Source: a bacterium
Lineage (GTDB): Bacteria; Bdellovibrionota_B; Oligoflexia; Oligoflexales; RGVZ01
Reading direction: 5' to 3'
Assembly: GCA_010029825.1 (NCBI GenBank)
Contig: RGVZ01000002.1
Coordinates: 1,174 to 65,173 of the forward strand
DNA: 64,000 nucleotides
The notes under the pieces are model-generated. The model searched no databases, was not told the origin of the DNA, and saw nothing but the letters and a program-made list of their open reading frames with translations. Within the stretch, counting starts at the first letter, position 1, and each line of letters begins with the position of its first letter. This document shows, piece by piece, positions 1 through 8,739 of this stretch. The translations under genes were made by a program, and so were the position numbers.

Positions 1-12
1 GGGGAAAAGAAG

Positions 13-1299
13 GTGGGTCGTCGCGTCGTGGTCATGGGCGTTCAACCTCACGCGTCCACAAGCCGTCCATCCCTTGAAATTTTTCGCCCGCCAGGTGGAC
101 TGAACTCCGTATTTCATGTAGAATTATGGAGTATGGTCCAAAGATTGCTTAACATCCCGTTTTCAAATAGTTTTTTCTTGTTTGGCGCCCGCGGCACCGG
201 CAAGACAAAGCTGATATCCGAACTATTCGAGGGCGTTGACGCGCTAAAATATGACCTTCTTGAGGATTCGCTGGTGCGACGCCTTGGGAAAAAACCAGAA
301 TCTTTGCGTAGCGAATTCCTCGCAACAACTTCCACATGTCAGTGGGTGGTCCTGGATGAGGTTCAACGTGTCCCCAACTTGTTAAACGTCGTCCACAAAA
401 TGATTGAGTCTGACTCCGTGAAATTCGCGCTGACTGGCTCATCGGCACGTAAACTGAAACGCGGTGGTGCGAACCTCCTGGCTGGGCGCGCCTTCGTCTA
501 CCACCTTTTCCCGCTTTGCTCCGTCGAACTTGGGAACAATTTCTCCCTGACCGACGCACTCACCTACGGAACTTTGCCGAAACTTTTGTCGTTGACCTCA
601 AACAGCGAAAAACAAAAATACCTCGAAAGCTATGCATCTACTTATGTGAAAGAGGAGATCATCCAGGAGCAGGTGGTCCGCCGGCTTGAACCCTTTCGAG
701 ATTTTTTGCAGATATCCGCGCAGATGAGCACCAAAATCATCAATCACACGAAAATCGCCAATGAAGTTGGCGCCGATCCAAAAACCGTGATGACGTATTT
801 TGATATCCTTGAGGAAACTCATATGGGGTTTCGTCTTCCCGCGTATCATATCTCTGTTCGCAAGGCGCAACGCGTTGCCCCTAAATTCTATTGGTTTGAC
901 TGCGGCGTCCGACGATCTCTCGAAGACACGCTCTTATACCCACCCGCCCCTGGAACGTCTTACTTCGGGGATTTATTCGAGGAGTTTGTTGTAAATGAAT
1001 TTGTACGGATGAGTCATTATTCTGGAAAAAATTACCAGATGTCCTACTTGTCTACCCACAATAGCGAGACTGAAATTGACCTGATTCTTCGTAAGGGACT
1101 GGGTCATGAACTGATCGCGATTGAAATCAAAAGTCGCAGCAGCGTTGACGAAATCGAAGTCCGGAAGCTAGCCAAAGCGGCACGAGATTGTGCCGCTAAA
1201 AAGATTTACTACCTGTCCCGGTGCGAGCACGCCGAGGTCATCGACGGAGTACGCTGCCTCCATTGGCAGAAGGGTCTTCTTGAAATTATGGCTCCGTGA
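13..1299 (+). CDS. AAA+ ATPase, DUF4143-type (COG1373-like)
   Basis: 428-aa ORF with Walker A FGARGTGKT and Walker B VVLDEVQ. The C-terminal half resembles DUF4143-type ATPases. The frame is open to the left window edge and an in-frame ATG at 133 is also possible, so the 5' end is uncertain. Confidence 0.8.
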   Translation: MGRRVVVMGVQPHASTSRPSLEIFRPPGGLNSVFHVELWSMVQRLLNIPFSNSFFLFGARGTGKTKLISELFEGVDALKYDLLEDSLVRRLGKKPESLRSEFLATTSTCQWVVLDEVQRVPNLLNVVHKMIESDSVKFALTGSSARKLKRGGANLLAGRAFVYHLFPLCSVELGNNFSLTDALTYGTLPKLLSLTSNSEKQKYLESYASTYVKEEIIQEQVVRRLEPFRDFLQISAQMSTKIINHTKIANEVGADPKTVMTYFDILEETHMGFRLPAYHISVRKAQRVAPKFYWFDCGVRRSLEDTLLYPPAPGTSYFGDLFEEFVVNEFVRMSHYSGKNYQMSYLSTHNSETEIDLILRKGLGHELIAIEIKSRSSVDEIEVRKLAKAARDCAAKKIYYLSRCEHAEVIDGVRCLHWQKGLLEIMAP

Positions 1300-1331
1300 G
1301 ATTGCCGGTAATCAAAAATCCCGTCCCAATG

Positions 1332-2219
1332 TCAGCACGCATTGGGATCTCTTGGCGGACAACGCCAGCCAGTGACTCTCCCGATATTGGGGCAACCGAT
1401 GAAGCCAACGTCGCGCTTCCACTGGCAACTGCCGAAGTAGTAGAGCGGCGGAACCCAGCGCACGGGTATCGCGAAATAAATGGTGCACTGGTCGGCAAGG
1501 GCACCATCGCCACAACACTTTCCGGGCACTCCAAAGACACTGCAACGCTTCGGCGGCTTGGGCGGAGGAGGCAGAAACGGGGGCAAAGGGCGAAATCCCT
1601 GCGGAGGCGGAACCTTTGGGATTCCCCACATCGGATCGATGTCGCCGGGTATTTCCGGTGGCGGTGGCGGTGGCGGCAACTCGAACCCAGGTCGCACGAC
1701 TTCGTCTGGCGGTGGTGGCAGGTCGAATTCCACAGGCGCTACTGGATCAGGGGGTGGAGACGGGGCGGCGCCTTCACCATCGCCAATTAGCGTCGTGCTC
1801 TTGCTGATCTTGCCGGTGATGCCACTTGGGGCTGCGGCCGCGGCGGTCCGCTGGCCGAACGTCTGCAAGTAAGGCCAATACCAGTCGGGCACGGAAGAAC
1901 CCGTCGGCGAAGCCAGACCGATCACGTCGGCCAACGCGTTGAAACGGTCGATAAATTCCTGGCCAGATATTTTTTTCCCCGCGACATCGTGGTTCAGCGA
2001 GTCGAGTGCGTCCGCGAGATCTTGCGAGTAACGAGCGACCGTGTCCCCGTTCGAGGCATCCGCGGTTATTGGACCAGCAGATACCGGACCGCCCGTCTGG
2101 ACATCGGCATTGGTGGCCCGGGACTTGGCGCGGTCGCACCCTTCAAGAACCATCACCCCGGAGATCAGGACCATGACGCCTAAACTCACGCGGCGACGTG
2201 GCGGACCGTATTTCTTCAT
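1332..2219 (-). CDS. Proline-rich, Cys-rich putative lipoprotein (no family recognised)
   Basis: 295-aa ORF with ATG 2219 preceded by an AGAGGTG SD-like sequence. It has a signal peptide with lipobox (VLEGC), a long Pro tract (ELPPPPPPPEIP...) and a Cys-rich C-terminus. The Gly-rich mirror ORFs on the + strand are judged to be shadows. Confidence 0.55.
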   Translation of the reverse strand: MKKYGPPRRRVSLGVMVLISGVMVLEGCDRAKSRATNADVQTGGPVSAGPITADASNGDTVARYSQDLADALDSLNHDVAGKKISGQEFIDRFNALADVIGLASPTGSSVPDWYWPYLQTFGQRTAAAAAPSGITGKISKSTTLIGDGEGAAPSPPPDPVAPVEFDLPPPPDEVVRPGFELPPPPPPPEIPGDIDPMWGIPKVPPPQGFRPLPPFLPPPPKPPKRCSVFGVPGKCCGDGALADQCTIYFAIPVRWVPPLYYFGSCQWKRDVGFIGCPNIGRVTGWRCPPRDPNAC

Positions 2220-2348
2220 TTTTCACCTCTGAGGCTATTTACGTCGGCAAGTCCAGATCGAAAATTTAGCCAAAACAGAAATACGAAAAAATATTTATAA
2301 CCACCCGGCATCTCAGCTGATTTTTATCAATATACGCAATCTGTGACC

Positions 2349-2376
2349 TTGACAGGAGCCGATTCGGACCTAGATT
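2349..2376 (+). promoter_or_regulatory. Candidate sigma70-type promoter upstream of the cbpA-like gene
   Basis: TTGACA (2349-2354), 16 nt, TAGATT (2371-2376), about 45 nt upstream of the GTG start at 2419. This is a sequence match only. Confidence 0.3.
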
Positions 2377-2418
2377 TGCGGTTGGGGATCCAGCTTTGCG
2401 GGAACGGAGGAGACGGCT

Positions 2419-3423
2419 GTGGCTGACTATTACAAGGAACTGGGTGTCGAAAAAGGCGCGTCCGACGACGAGATCAAGAAGTCTTACCGGAAACTGGCGC
2501 TGAAATATCACCCCGACCGCAATCCCGGCGACAAGAAGGCCGAGGAAAAATTCAAGAAGATCAGCGAAGCCTACGCGGTCCTCTCCGATCCGCAAAAACG
2601 CAAGCAATACGACATGGTCGGCGACGCCAGGTTCCATCAGGCGTTCTCGCAGGAAGACATCTTCCGCGGGACGGACTTCTCGCAAATCTTCCGCGACTTC
2701 AACATGGCCGGCGGCGAAGACCTCTTCAGCCGGATCTTTGGTGGCCAATTTGGTGGCGCGTTTGCCGGCGCGGCAGGCCCTGGCGGACGCGGGCGCGGGC
2801 CTGGTTTCGGCGGTTTCGGCGGCGGGGGCTTTGGCGGCGGTTTCGGCGGTGGCGGCTTTGAAGGATTTGGTGGCGCCTTTGGGGGCGGCGGAACACCAGC
2901 CGGACAAGACGTTGAATATCCGTTGCAGATTTCGTTTCTCGACGCCTGGCGTGGGTGCGAGCGTCAGGTCAGTTTCCGCCTTGGCGACGGGACGAAGCGC
3001 GATTTCAAACTGAAAGTCCCGGCCGGCGTGAAAGACGGCGGGAAATTGCGCGTGCCCGGCAAGGGCGCCGAGTCCCAGTACGGCGGACCGGCGGGCGACG
3101 TGCACGTGATTGTGCAAATCAGCCCGCATGGGCAGTTCGAGCGCGTGGCTGACGACATCCACGTCAGGGTTAAAATCAAACCATCGGAGGCGTTTCTCGG
3201 CGGCAGTGCCACCGTCGAAACACCCGAGGGGCACAAGACGGTGAAAGTGCCCGCCGGGGTCCAACCGGGAACCAAGATGCGCCTGAAAGGGCTGGGTTTC
3301 CCGCACCCGGGCAAATCGTCCACGCGCGGGGATTTGTACGCCATTCTCGAAATCGATGTGCCAAAACACCTGACCCCTGAACAGGAAGAGGCTGTCAGGG
3401 CCCTGCGTGACGCCGGCCTTTAA
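2419..3423 (+). CDS. cbpA: Class II J-domain co-chaperone (CbpA/DnaJ-like, no zinc finger)
   Basis: 334-aa ORF with a GTG start preceded by GGAGGAG. It has a canonical J domain (YYKELGV...[17 protein letters not shown]), a long Gly/Phe-rich linker and a DnaJ C-terminal-type domain. No CxxCxGxG repeats are present. Confidence 0.88.
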   Translation: MADYYKELGVEKGASDDEIKKSYRKLALKYHPDRNPGDKKAEEKFKKISEAYAVLSDPQKRKQYDMVGDARFHQAFSQEDIFRGTDFSQIFRDFNMAGGEDLFSRIFGGQFGGAFAGAAGPGGRGRGPGFGGFGGGGFGGGFGGGGFEGFGGAFGGGGTPAGQDVEYPLQISFLDAWRGCERQVSFRLGDGTKRDFKLKVPAGVKDGGKLRVPGKGAESQYGGPAGDVHVIVQISPHGQFERVADDIHVRVKIKPSEAFLGGSATVETPEGHKTVKVPAGVQPGTKMRLKGLGFPHPGKSSTRGDLYAILEIDVPKHLTPEQEEAVRALRDAGL

Positions 3424-3426
3424 GTC

Positions 3427-4728
3427 TCACCCGCCGAAAGTCTGGTAGCGTTGGTTGGCATCATTCGTACAACCCGGGTTTTGTCCACAACAGTAGGAGA
3501 TGCACGTGCTGACGACATTGTCGATCTGGCGGACGTTGCAGACTTGACGGCAGTTCTGCGCGTCAGCCCCGAAAATGGCCTCGGCGTTTTCCTCGCAGTA
3601 GCGGGCGCCGATTGTTGACCCGCAGTAGTCGGCGCAGGCCACCGAGCGGAAGGTATACGAGTAGAAGTTTTGTTTGCCCAGAAAAATCCCGTATTTCAAG
3701 AAAGCCCCTTCGGCCTCCCCGACGTACTCGTTATTGCATTCATAACCGGGCCGCCCGTCCCCCGCCTGCAGCGGGCGTTCAAGGGTCGCGTCGCGCTGAC
3801 TGGCGAGTGATGCCCTGCTGGCGATCAGATTCTGGACATCCTCGACCGCGCAAGCCCCGTTGGAGGCAATGTTGATCAATCCTCCGCCAATCGCGAAACC
3901 ACAATCCGCCAGGGTCAGGGCGATCTTCACAGGACCAATGACGACTTTGAAAATATTGCTGAACTGCTTGGCAGAAGCCGCCAGTTGCACGATTTCATCG
4001 CTGCCCGGACTCTGCGTGATCGCCGCAAGACAACTGTCCAGCGTCAAGATGGCCTTGCCCGCGCCGTCCAGCAACGCAATCAGCCCCTTGCCAGAGGCCA
4101 GCAGGGCCGAGACGTCGAAGGACGCGCCGTCCCATGCCTTGGTGATGTTGTTGGCGGCGTCAAAAATGCCACCAATCGTCGCGGAATTGTCGATCAAGCA
4201 CTGGTATCCGGGATTCGTCGCGTAAGCCACCCCGAACAGGGTTTTGGCAACATCGGGAGCTCCGCTGAAAATGGCTTTGAAGATGTCAGGCAGGCTGGTT
4301 TGTTGCCCGGTGTAGGAAAAAGGCAGCCCTTTCAACAATCCCGCCAGATCGCCCACGAGCTGCAGGTAGTTGGTCAGGTCTTTCAATTCGAAACTCTTGC
4401 CGCTGAACTTCTGCGCGCCCGCCGCGATCCCGTTCAATTCACTGCCGGCGACTTGCACGGACCCTGCGGTGGCTGCCGCGCTGAGCGCCGAGGCGGCACA
4501 GGAGAATGCCTTTTGCGAGGCCGAGTCCGAGGCCTTGCGCCAGCATTCCAGATCGCGACAATCGCAACCGTAACTTCTCAACGCGGCGGTTCCTCGCGAG
4601 GCAACCCGGGATTGCTGGCCGCAGTTTTGGACAAGGAAAAATAGCCCGGCGACAATCAAAAGGGCGATTCCAATTTGAATTGCCATACGCCTGTATTGGA
4701 ACTGGTTTTTCAAGGGAACCCCCGTCAT
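3427..4728 (-). CDS. Membrane-anchored Cys-rich protein (hypothetical)
   Basis: 433-aa ORF with an N-terminal hydrophobic anchor (IQIGIALLIVAGLFFLV) and about 20 Cys clustered near both ends. No catalytic motif is recognised. The start is ATG 4728 or ATG 4686. Confidence 0.6.
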   Translation of the reverse strand: MTGVPLKNQFQYRRMAIQIGIALLIVAGLFFLVQNCGQQSRVASRGTAALRSYGCDCRDLECWRKASDSASQKAFSCAASALSAAATAGSVQVAGSELNGIAAGAQKFSGKSFELKDLTNYLQLVGDLAGLLKGLPFSYTGQQTSLPDIFKAIFSGAPDVAKTLFGVAYATNPGYQCLIDNSATIGGIFDAANNITKAWDGASFDVSALLASGKGLIALLDGAGKAILTLDSCLAAITQSPGSDEIVQLAASAKQFSNIFKVVIGPVKIALTLADCGFAIGGGLINIASNGACAVEDVQNLIASRASLASQRDATLERPLQAGDGRPGYECNNEYVGEAEGAFLKYGIFLGKQNFYSYTFRSVACADYCGSTIGARYCEENAEAIFGADAQNCRQVCNVRQIDNVVSTCISYCCGQNPGCTNDANQRYQTFGG

Positions 4729-4762
4729 AATGAGCTCTCAAGAATAGCAGGTTTCAGAAGCC

Positions 4763-6097
4763 TTGAACAAAATGGTGGCCGGAAGTTTGTCGCGTAACCA
4801 CAAATCATACATCTTCGGTTCTGTTCTCATCGCGCTTTTCGCGTTCCGTCTTGCCTACGGACTCGGCATGTATTTCTGGAAGGACGATGAGCTCCAGATT
4901 TTTCTCCTGGGCCTCGAATTTTTCAGTTCTGGAAAATGGCCGTTCTTTGGCCCTGATGTGGTGCACACGAACCAGCAAATCGCCGGCGCGTTGCAATCGA
5001 TTCTGGTCGGCGGCCCGCTGTTCGTCTGGAACCGTCCTGAGGCCCCTTACATCCTGTTGAATGTGCTTTCATTTTCCGGACTGCTGGTATTCGGGCGGTG
5101 GCTGTCCCTGAGGTTCAAGGAACTGCCGCCAATCTTGATTTACTCGTGGCTGATGACCCTGCCCTGGACCATGAACATCTCCACACACTTGTACAATCCG
5201 GGCTACTTGTTGTTCTCGAGCTGCCTGTTTTTCACAGGATGCTTCGAAGTCATTCCCCAGTTCCGGACCGGGATTTTCGGCGCTCGCGGCGAATCGATAT
5301 CGTGGTTTCTCATGGGATTTGCCCTCACGTGGAGCATGCAACTTCACCTGTCATGGCCCTTGCTCATGCCGTTCGTTGGCGCGGCATGGATCCTGACCGA
5401 CGCGCGGCGCGGGTGGCGTCAACCGGCCTGGTGCGCGGCCGGTGCCTTGATCCCGGGGGCGTTGCTGGTTCCAACCATTGTCGCGTACGGACCGGGATCT
5501 CTCATCGCGCCGATGGCGGGCAACTCCGGCCTCAACACCCGGAACCTCGTTGAACCACTGACCATCGTCGCCCGGTTCATTTCGTTCGGATCTTACGAAA
5601 TCCCGCGTTTTCTGACGGATGCTGCCCAGGACCGCTTGCCATTCTTGATGGCAAGGCCATGGTTGTTACCCTTGGTGGCAATGCTTTCCTTGGTCGGGGT
5701 CGTTCAGCCGCTCGTGATCCTTTACGGCGTGTTCGCCCGAAAGACGCCTGCCATGCTGAAATGGCTGCTTGGCCTCAGTCTCGCGTGGATCAGCGTGACT
5801 TTCCTGATGTCATCCCGGCCGCCAACGGCCCGTAACTTTTTCATCTTGTTTCCCGTCGCGGCGTTCGCGGCCGCTGCGGGCATGCGCCATTTGCTGGTCT
5901 CGTCGCGACAGAGGAAAATAGCCTCTGGAATCGTCGCGGGGGCCATTGCTTGTCAAGGCATGTTGATGGCCAGTTTCGCGTATGATCGCAGTTTGTATCT
6001 GGACCGCGCCAGGATCGTGAAAGCCATCGAGTCGAGGAGCGTCAGTGTCCTCGGTGAACGGCGCCAAAGCCAGCTCAGCGCCGCGGGATCGCCATAG
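4763..6097 (+). CDS. Polytopic membrane protein, possibly GT-C-fold (ArnT/PMT-like) glycosyltransferase
   Basis: 444-aa ORF with many hydrophobic helices by eye and an early acidic loop motif (FWKDDELQ) reminiscent of GT-C enzymes. The first codon is TTG 4763; ATG 4772 is equally possible. Confidence 0.72.
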   Translation: MNKMVAGSLSRNHKSYIFGSVLIALFAFRLAYGLGMYFWKDDELQIFLLGLEFFSSGKWPFFGPDVVHTNQQIAGALQSILVGGPLFVWNRPEAPYILLNVLSFSGLLVFGRWLSLRFKELPPILIYSWLMTLPWTMNISTHLYNPGYLLFSSCLFFTGCFEVIPQFRTGIFGARGESISWFLMGFALTWSMQLHLSWPLLMPFVGAAWILTDARRGWRQPAWCAAGALIPGALLVPTIVAYGPGSLIAPMAGNSGLNTRNLVEPLTIVARFISFGSYEIPRFLTDAAQDRLPFLMARPWLLPLVAMLSLVGVVQPLVILYGVFARKTPAMLKWLLGLSLAWISVTFLMSSRPPTARNFFILFPVAAFAAAAGMRHLLVSSRQRKIASGIVAGAIACQGMLMASFAYDRSLYLDRARIVKAIESRSVSVLGERRQSQLSAAGSP

Positions 6098-6123
6098 GTC
6101 TCTGGACACAGGATGGGCACAAC

Positions 6124-7572
6124 ATGTTGAAACCGAAAGACTGGCTTCTACTCGTCATCCTGCCATTCCTGGCCGCGATCGCGATCGATCAGGCAACGAA
6201 ATTTTTCGCGTTCCGGATCGTCAACCCGGTTGATTTCGGGCCGGTGTCTTTCTTCTTTTTCGCCAACGAGGGTTTCGCGCTCGGATCGCTGAAAGAATTG
6301 AACAAGATTTTTACGGTCGTCCTGCCGTCGAGCCTCGGCGGGCTGCTGCTCTTCGCGTTGCTGGTCACGCAATATTTCTTGCCAATCTACTCGCCATTGA
6401 TGCGATCCGGGATCAGCCTTCTCACCGGGTCGATGATCAGTAATGTTCTCGACCGGATCGCGCGCGGGTACGTGGTCGACTTCATTCAGATTCACGCGGG
6501 AATGTGGCAAACGGGAGTCTTCAACGTCGCGGACGCGTTGCAGTGGGTGGGCCTCTCGTTGGGACTTGTGGCGTGGATTGCCAATGGCAAGTTGCTGTAT
6601 CCGGTCGAGCAGAGGCGCGGGCGCAAGTGGATAGATGCAGGGTTCCAGACTCAATATTGCCTGAAACTGCTGGCCGCAGGGGTATGCTTCGGCCTGATAT
6701 CGGGCGCCGTCTCCTACACTTACGTGACGCTGCTCGTGGACGAGATCCAGAGCCTTCCGCGTGGCGCGGCCGAAAATCTCGTCAGGACCTTCCTCGCGAT
6801 CTACGCCGGGGTCAGTGCTGCCTTCTTTGTCGGCCTTTTTGTCACCGGCGTTCACATGAGCCATCAAATCGTCGGGCCGGTGCGGGCATTCGAGAACTTT
6901 CTGAACGATTTCATCAACGGCAAAAGGCGCCAATTCAAGTTGCGCAAGAGTGACGAATTCAAGGAACTGGAAGCTCTCGCCGACAACTTTCTGAAAAACT
7001 TCGCCGACACAAAGGGGATTTCCACGACGCCTCTTGTCGCCGGTGACGTCGCGCCGGATATTTCCGGAATCCGAAGCGACGGGACAGAGTTCAACGAGAA
7101 GGATCTGCACGGCAGAAAAGCCTGGCTGATTTTCTACCGGTACGCGACTTGTCCCCTGTGCGCGCTGCACCTCGACAGTTTGAGGGAAGTGATCGCGCGG
7201 GCGCTGGAGCGACAAGTTGCTGTCGTCGCGGTTTACGAGTCGTCGCCGGAGGAATTTGAGAAGGCCAATTGTGGCGCGACTTCAGACATGCTCCGGGCCG
7301 CCGGAATTCCGATGATCGCCGACAAGGAACGGAAACTTTACCGGGCTTTCAAAACGCGCCGACGCAATCTGGCGGCCTTCACGCCAAAAACCGTGAAGGC
7401 GTTGAAGAAGGCCGCGCGGAAAAAATTCCGGCAGCGTGCCATCAAAGGCAGGTTTGGCCAATTGCCGTCACACTTCTTGATCGACGAGGATGGAATCATC
7501 GTCGAGGCATTTTACGGCAAATCATTTGTGGACCATATCGATCTCGACGTGGTGCGGGGATTCATCGGGTAA
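6124..7572 (+). CDS. lspA: Lipoprotein signal peptidase II fused to 2 TM helices, a HAMP-like linker and an AhpC/TSA (redoxin) domain
   Basis: 482-aa uninterrupted ORF. Residues 1-165 carry LspA hallmarks (ANEGFALGS, NVLDRIARGYVVDFI, VFNVADA). Residues ~170-250 form two more TM helices. Residues ~250-295 are an amphipathic segment (VGPVRAFENFLNDFINGKRRQFKLRKSDEFKELEALADNF). Residues ~300-482 are thioredoxin-fold peroxiredoxin-like with a CPLC motif. Confidence 0.85.
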   Translation: MLKPKDWLLLVILPFLAAIAIDQATKFFAFRIVNPVDFGPVSFFFFANEGFALGSLKELNKIFTVVLPSSLGGLLLFALLVTQYFLPIYSPLMRSGISLLTGSMISNVLDRIARGYVVDFIQIHAGMWQTGVFNVADALQWVGLSLGLVAWIANGKLLYPVEQRRGRKWIDAGFQTQYCLKLLAAGVCFGLISGAVSYTYVTLLVDEIQSLPRGAAENLVRTFLAIYAGVSAAFFVGLFVTGVHMSHQIVGPVRAFENFLNDFINGKRRQFKLRKSDEFKELEALADNFLKNFADTKGISTTPLVAGDVAPDISGIRSDGTEFNEKDLHGRKAWLIFYRYATCPLCALHLDSLREVIARALERQVAVVAVYESSPEEFEKANCGATSDMLRAAGIPMIADKERKLYRAFKTRRRNLAAFTPKTVKALKKAARKKFRQRAIKGRFGQLPSHFLIDEDGIIVEAFYGKSFVDHIDLDVVRGFIG

Positions 7573-7744
7573 GAGAGGATTCTTCGCCCTGCGGGCTCAG
7601 AATGACGGGGGAAAGAGAGGATTCTTCGCCCTGCGGGCTCAGAATGACGGGGGAAAGAGAGGATTCTTCGGGGGAAAGAGAGGATTCTTCGCCCTGCGGG
7701 CTCAGAATGACGGGGGTCGTCATCCTGAGCGGAGCGAAGGATCC
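7571..7744. repeat. REP-like tandem repeat array ending in a long imperfect hairpin
   Basis: There are three full 41-42-nt units (7571-7612, 7613-7654, 7676-7716) and one 21-nt half unit (7655-7675) of AAGAGAGGATTCTTCGCCCTGCGGGCTCAGAATGACGGGGGA. One inverted copy, CGTCATCCTGAGCGGAGCGAAGGATCC, follows at 7718-7744. Pairing of 7682-7712 with 7718-7744 gives about 24 bp with an internal loop. The array fills the entire gap between two convergent stop codons. Confidence 0.9.
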
Positions 7745-8625
7745 TATCTTCCCGGCTGGTAGTTGATCAGGCGGGCCCAGACACTGCCGATCTTGATCTC
7801 ACCCTGGATTTGCAGCAGTTGGCGCTCGCGGGTTCCCGTGGCGATCCAGATGAAGATGTCGCCCTTCTGCTGCATCACCTTGCCAAGGTACGTGCGCAAC
7901 TTGAGCTTTACCGCGTCGAATTCGCCGAGGGGTGTCTTGACCTGCTCAAAAGCCACCGGGTCAGCCTCGAGCCACCAGTTTTTCTCGGATGTGTATATCG
8001 GGGCGCGGCGTCGTTCGCCCGGCTTGTACGTCAGGGTTCGCAAGTAGAAGATCGCGCCGAGGGCGTCCATCGCGCCACGGGCCAGCTGATGGCTGCCCGA
8101 CCCCTCGCCTTTGGCGGGGTCCCAGGTCTTTTCGTTGACCACACAATCCTTGTGATTGAAATCCAGCCATTTCTTCGAAATGAAGGGTTTCTTGAAAACA
8201 GGCTCCTCGTATTGCTCGATGTAGAACTTGCTGACCGCGAAATCAGAAGGCCGGCTGTAGGCCATTGCCTGGTCCTTGCCGTAGAACACGGACCGGAACC
8301 AGTCACCGGTCTTGGCGTCGATACTGAAAATCCTGTGCCAGAGCCCGTTGTGCCTGGCAGGAGACTTGGCTTCGATGTCGGCATATCCGGCCTTCATCCC
8401 GGCCCACGACAGTTCGTAGGTCGACTTCTCGCCGGCCTTGAAGGGCGTGGCGGCGTAAACTTCAGCGCGGGTTATTTCCGTAATACTTTCAGGGGTTTTG
8501 GGGCAGACGACTTCCATGAACGGGCCGTCCGCCAGGGCCGACGGGGCAACAAGGACAGCTGCGCAGAGGGCGAAGGCACCGGCAAAAGCCTTGATTTTAC
8601 CCGATCCCATCGCCGACAATGCCAT
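7744..8625 (-). CDS. DUF3108-like secreted protein
   Basis: The ORF spans 7744..8694. ATG 8625 gives a signal peptide (KIKAFAGAFALCAAVLVAPSALA). The beta-rich body (YELSWAGMKAGYADIE...IWIATGTRERQLLQIQGEIKIGS) resembles the DUF3108 family. Confidence 0.75.
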   Translation of the reverse strand: MALSAMGSGKIKAFAGAFALCAAVLVAPSALADGPFMEVVCPKTPESITEITRAEVYAATPFKAGEKSTYELSWAGMKAGYADIEAKSPARHNGLWHRIFSIDAKTGDWFRSVFYGKDQAMAYSRPSDFAVSKFYIEQYEEPVFKKPFISKKWLDFNHKDCVVNEKTWDPAKGEGSGSHQLARGAMDALGAIFYLRTLTYKPGERRRAPIYTSEKNWWLEADPVAFEQVKTPLGEFDAVKLKLRTYLGKVMQQKGDIFIWIATGTRERQLLQIQGEIKIGSVWARLINYQPGR

Positions 8626-8739
8626 GCATTTCCCCCCGAATTCATTGACTTTCCGGGACCCCGGTGATATCCGAAACTGCTTTCGTATCACCATTATACG
8701 CCGTTTTGGCCAGAATGAAGAAGGAGTGACTCAAAAGTT

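Noticed and set aside
1296-1872. Gly-rich + strand ORFs (1296-1790, 1480-1872)
   Set aside because: They are the mirror image of the Pro-rich tract of the minus-strand lipoprotein gene. They have no signal peptide, start context or unique domain.
2266-3369. 367-aa ORF antisense to the cbpA-like gene
   Set aside because: The + strand carries an unmistakable J domain with an SD. The antisense translation has no motifs and mirrors the Gly/Phe-rich region as an Ala/Pro/Lys-rich tract.
6148-7215. 355-aa ORF antisense to the lspA fusion. The same pattern occurs at 47878-48912, 44029-44916, 42778-43671, 39971-40795, 61675-62697, 7810-8667 and 12152-12943.
   Set aside because: Each lies within a well-supported gene on the other strand. 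All are Arg/Gly/Asp-rich without motifs or ribosome-binding context. These are shadow ORFs of high-GC coding DNA.
7571-7744. Possible CRISPR array (also considered for 42838-42960)
   Set aside because: The units are directly abutting tandem repeats with no unique spacers. One unit is inverted, the second locus is inside a CDS, and no cas genes are in the window.
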